A stretch of DNA of 64,000 nt from Nitrospirota bacterium (GTDB lineage: Bacteria; Nitrospirota; UBA9217). The DNA is taken from the NCBI GenBank assembly GCA_963790205.1, contig CAWBNQ010000003.1:640001-704000 (forward strand). Reading direction: 5' to 3'. Shown here in pieces: positions 61,003-64,000 of this stretch. A program made the translations under genes and the position numbers. The first letter of the stretch is position 1; the number at the start of each line of letters is the position of its first letter. A model generated the notes under the pieces. It was not told the DNA's origin. It was given only the letters and a program-made list of their open reading frames with translations, and did not search any database.

Positions 61003-61404
61003 ATGATCGGATTTCTCCTGCGTTGGTCCATGAATCTGCTTGCGCTTGTGGTTGCGGCGGCTTTGATCAGAGGCATCAGGATACAGAGCATCGAGATGGG
61101 AATCCTTGCCGCGGGCATCCTCGGCGTCGTCAATGCCGTCATCAGACCGATGGTGCTCCTTTTGACGCTTCCAATCAACCTGTTGACGCTCGGGCTTTTT
61201 ACGCTGGTGATCAACGCGGCAATGCTCAAGCTTGTTTCCGCGCTCGTCCCCGGGCTGGTCATTGAAAGTTTCAGCGCCGCCTTCTTCGGGGCGCTCATTA
61301 TCAGCCTTACCAGCTGGCTTTTAAACCTGTTTATCGGCGGCGATGGGAAAGTCGTATTCATCAGGAAAGCCGGCAAAAACAGCGGCGGCGGATGGCGACG
61401 CTGA
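61003..61404 (+). CDS. YvlD / 4-TMS 'phage holin' family membrane protein
   Basis: LGVVNAVIRP..LTLPINLLTLGLFTLVINA; GGAGG RBS. Confidence 0.88.
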   Translation: MIGFLLRWSMNLLALVVAAALIRGIRIQSIEMGILAAGILGVVNAVIRPMVLLLTLPINLLTLGLFTLVINAAMLKLVSALVPGLVIESFSAAFFGALIISLTSWLLNLFIGGDGKVVFIRKAGKNSGGGWRR

Positions 61405-61513
61405 AGGAGTTTCCATCGCCGAATAACATATACATTCCAGTCGCCAACTGTCGAATTCCCGGCGATTCTCCCCGCATCCGTCAATGAGCTGAGGAAGGCA
61501 ACCCATGACACAC

Positions 61514-62218
61514 ATGCATATACCCGACTTTGTCCTGCCCGTCTGGCTCTGGGTGTCGGGCTTTGTCGTGATGACGGCCGCTCTCTGGGTCAGCCTGGTG
61601 CGGCTCCGGTCCATGGACAAGAAGAGGGAGATCCCCCTTCTGGGGGCGATCTCAGCGGCAATGATCGTGGCCATGAGCCTCGAAATCCTCCCTATCGCCT
61701 ATCACATAAACTTGTCGGTCGTGGCAGGCATCCTCCTCGGCCCCTCCCTCGGGTTCGTTGCAGCCTTCATCGTGAACCTGATGCTGGCGCTTCTGGGCCA
61801 CGGCGGCGTCTCGGTCATCGGGCTCAATACGCTCCTGCTCGGTCTTGAGGCGGTCCTCGGCCACACGCTCTTTTCTCTCTTCAAGAGATTTTTCCCCGTG
61901 TTCTGGGGAGCGGCCGCTGCCACCGTGCTGACCCTCTTCATCACCACGATGTTGCTGATTGCCATAGTCGCGGCATCGAACGTGGACCCCGATCGCTTCC
62001 TTCATGCGGACGAACATCGGCTGAGTATGCAGGAGGGGCAGGTTTCCGTTTCGAAATTTGCACTGCTCGTACTTTCGTTCGGCGTGATCGGCTGGATCGT
62101 CGAAGCCGCGATCACGGGCTCCGTCGTGAAGTTCATCTCACAGGTCAAACCTGACCTCCTCAGTCACAAGCTCCATGCAAGCGCGGTCCAGGGGACGGAA
62201 GCGGGGAAGGACCGTTGA
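61514..62218 (+). CDS. cbiM: Co/Ni ECF transporter S component (CbiM/NikM)
   Basis: MHIPD N-terminus, GILLGP, GHGG motifs. Confidence 0.85.
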   Translation: MHIPDFVLPVWLWVSGFVVMTAALWVSLVRLRSMDKKREIPLLGAISAAMIVAMSLEILPIAYHINLSVVAGILLGPSLGFVAAFIVNLMLALLGHGGVSVIGLNTLLLGLEAVLGHTLFSLFKRFFPVFWGAAAATVLTLFITTMLLIAIVAASNVDPDRFLHADEHRLSMQEGQVSVSKFALLVLSFGVIGWIVEAAITGSVVKFISQVKPDLLSHKLHASAVQGTEAGKDR

Positions 62219-62919
62219 TAGATGTAGCGAAAATAGACTACTGGGCAGCCAGCGGGTCCGGTCCTTTTCACCGGGCGTCCATCCTTTCCAAGTTTGTGTT
62301 TCTGCTGCTCGTGCTTGCTGCCGCACTTTCGGCAAAGAACTTTTTCCCGCTTGCGCTCGGATACGGAGTCATCGTGCTTGTTGCCGCCGCGGCGCGCCTC
62401 CCCTGGCTCCGGATCGTGGGACTTTCATTATATGCGGCGGTCTTTACGGTTCTCTATATGATCAGTCTCCGGGGCGGCGCGATGGCCCATGGTGTGCTGA
62501 TCGCAAAGGCAGTGACCCCCGCCCTGGCCGTGCTGATGATCATTGTCACTACGCCCTATCCCCGGATCTTTTCGCTGCTCAGCGCCGTTCTCCCCGAGGT
62601 CCTGGCAGCGGGATTGTTCATGACCTACCGGACGCTTTTCATACTCCTCGATATGATGGACAATTTTGTAGCGGCCATACGGCTGCGGGGCGGTTTCTCG
62701 CCGGGCAGCCTCTATAAGAACGGCGCTAATATATCGAAAGGCATCGGGATGCTGCTCGTGCGGGCCGTGGAGCGCTCCTCGCGCCTGTACGCAGTCATGG
62801 TGGTCCGCGGCTACAGCGGCAGCATGGCTGAAAAGGCCCCCGTGCGGCTGCACCGGGAAGACTGGCTGCCGCTGGGAACGGGCAGCATTATACTTTTGCT
62901 CGTACTTGTCTGGAAGTAG
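62215..62919 (+). CDS. cbiQ: ECF transporter T component (CbiQ/NikQ)
   Basis: TTP, MTYR, RAVERSSRLYAVMVVRGY. Confidence 0.85.
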   Translation: MIDVAKIDYWAASGSGPFHRASILSKFVFLLLVLAAALSAKNFFPLALGYGVIVLVAAAARLPWLRIVGLSLYAAVFTVLYMISLRGGAMAHGVLIAKAVTPALAVLMIIVTTPYPRIFSLLSAVLPEVLAAGLFMTYRTLFILLDMMDNFVAAIRLRGGFSPGSLYKNGANISKGIGMLLVRAVERSSRLYAVMVVRGYSGSMAEKAPVRLHREDWLPLGTGSIILLLVLVWK

Positions 62920-63002
62920 GCGGTTTTCATTCGCGATCGATTGCGTGATTCGTAAAATTCGCAGCACCCTATTTGCTCTCGTTTCGTGCGGCAAAGGATC
63001 CA

Positions 63003-63839
63003 ATGGAATCTATCGTTACGGTAAGCTGTCTTAAACACACCTACCCCGACACGACCGAGATACACATGTGCGGTCTTGATTTCGTGGTGAACCGCGGAGA
63101 ACGCGTGGTGATCCTCGGCGGGAACGGCTCGGGCAAGACCACGCTGCTGTATCATGTCCTCGGCCTGCTCGCTCCGGACGAGGGCAAGGTGTCGGTGTTC
63201 GGCGTCAATCCCTCGGCCCGCTATAATACCATTCGGGAGCGGATCGGCGTGCTGCTCCAGAGCGTGGATGAACAGATCCTCTCACCTACGGTATGGGACG
63301 ATATCTCTTTTTCGCCGCGGAATTACGGCTATCAGAAGGAAGAAATCGAGACCATGGTCGAGCGGGTCATGTCGGAGCTCGGAATTCAGCATTTGCGCGA
63401 CAAGATATGTCATTATCTCTCGGGCGGAGAAAAAAGGAAGGTTGCGCTCGCCGGCGCGCTCGTCCTCCGTCCCGAACTCTTGATACTCGACGAACCGTTC
63501 GAAGGGCTGGACTCCCGCTCCCGGGCGGAACTGGTAACGCTCTTGAACACGCAGAACCGGGAAGGCATGACCATCGTCATGTCCACTCACGACCTCAACC
63601 TGGTAGCGAGTTTCGCCGACCGGGTCTACGTGCTGGCCAAGGGGCGGGGTGTGGTGACGGCCGGGACGCCCGCGGAGATATTCATGCAGGCCGACGCCCT
63701 GCGGGCCTCGAATATCGATCCGCCGCTCCTTACCGAGCTTTTTCTCAAGCTCCGGGAGCGCGGGGTGGCTGTGAATGTGCCGACCCTCGTGGACCAGGCC
63801 GTAAACGACCTGGTGCGTATCATCAGGTCGGGAGAATAA
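63003..63839 (+). CDS. cbiO: ECF transporter ATPase (CbiO/NikO)
   Basis: GGNGSGKTT, LSGGEKRKV, LDEP, STHD. Confidence 0.9.
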   Translation: MESIVTVSCLKHTYPDTTEIHMCGLDFVVNRGERVVILGGNGSGKTTLLYHVLGLLAPDEGKVSVFGVNPSARYNTIRERIGVLLQSVDEQILSPTVWDDISFSPRNYGYQKEEIETMVERVMSELGIQHLRDKICHYLSGGEKRKVALAGALVLRPELLILDEPFEGLDSRSRAELVTLLNTQNREGMTIVMSTHDLNLVASFADRVYVLAKGRGVVTAGTPAEIFMQADALRASNIDPPLLTELFLKLRERGVAVNVPTLVDQAVNDLVRIIRSGE

Positions 63840-63951
63840 AGAGGGAAGCTTTTCTTGGATATCTTTCGGCTCTCATTCGTATGCGAAGCCGCGTTCAGAT
63901 AACGATGCACCATGCGACATCCGCCGGATGTCGGCGTCAGGGAGGGTAACC

Positions 63952-64000
63952 ATGCCGAATAGCACAGTTGAACATCGCACGGGAATTCTGATTTTATTTG
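63952..64000 (+). CDS. Start of a gene truncated by the window edge
   Basis: GGAGGG RBS, then ATG reading MPNSTVEHRTGILILF. Confidence 0.45.
   Translation, partial: MPNSTVEHRTGILILF

Noticed and set aside
61003..61404. Prophage lysis gene
   Set aside because: The YvlD-like family is common in chromosomes and no phage genes are nearby.

Overview
GC-rich bacterial chromosome segment. Gene content suggests an anaerobe or microaerophile of the Nitrospirota/Desulfobacterota type (inference). Left part: cstA, cooT-like, OsmC, cardiolipin synthase, an fdhF-asrA-asrB-like operon, pyk, an 8-heme lipoprotein cytochrome and a gpsA-larB-larC-GxxExxY-nadE-rsmI run. Middle (about 21.3-27.5 kb): an AT-rich integron cassette array with attC sites but no integrase. 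It holds a complete group IIC-attC intron inserted in one attC and is headed by an IS91-family transposase remnant. Next come redox and lipid genes, including a probable unannotated selenoprotein. Right part: two-component systems, a chemotaxis operon with a predicted sigma-54 promoter (two small Cys/Trp proteins, three MCPs, a PstS-like binding protein, cheW/R/A/B/Y/X, HD-GYP) and a Co/Ni ECF transporter. The main unexplained structure is a set of 8-9-nt-periodic inverted repeats. One pair precisely brackets the GxxExxY (PD-(D/E)XK-like) gene, and gene-less copies fill the neighbouring intergenic gaps, suggesting a RAYT/REP-like mobile system. Seven single-base frameshifts in otherwise intact genes probably reflect sequencing error.
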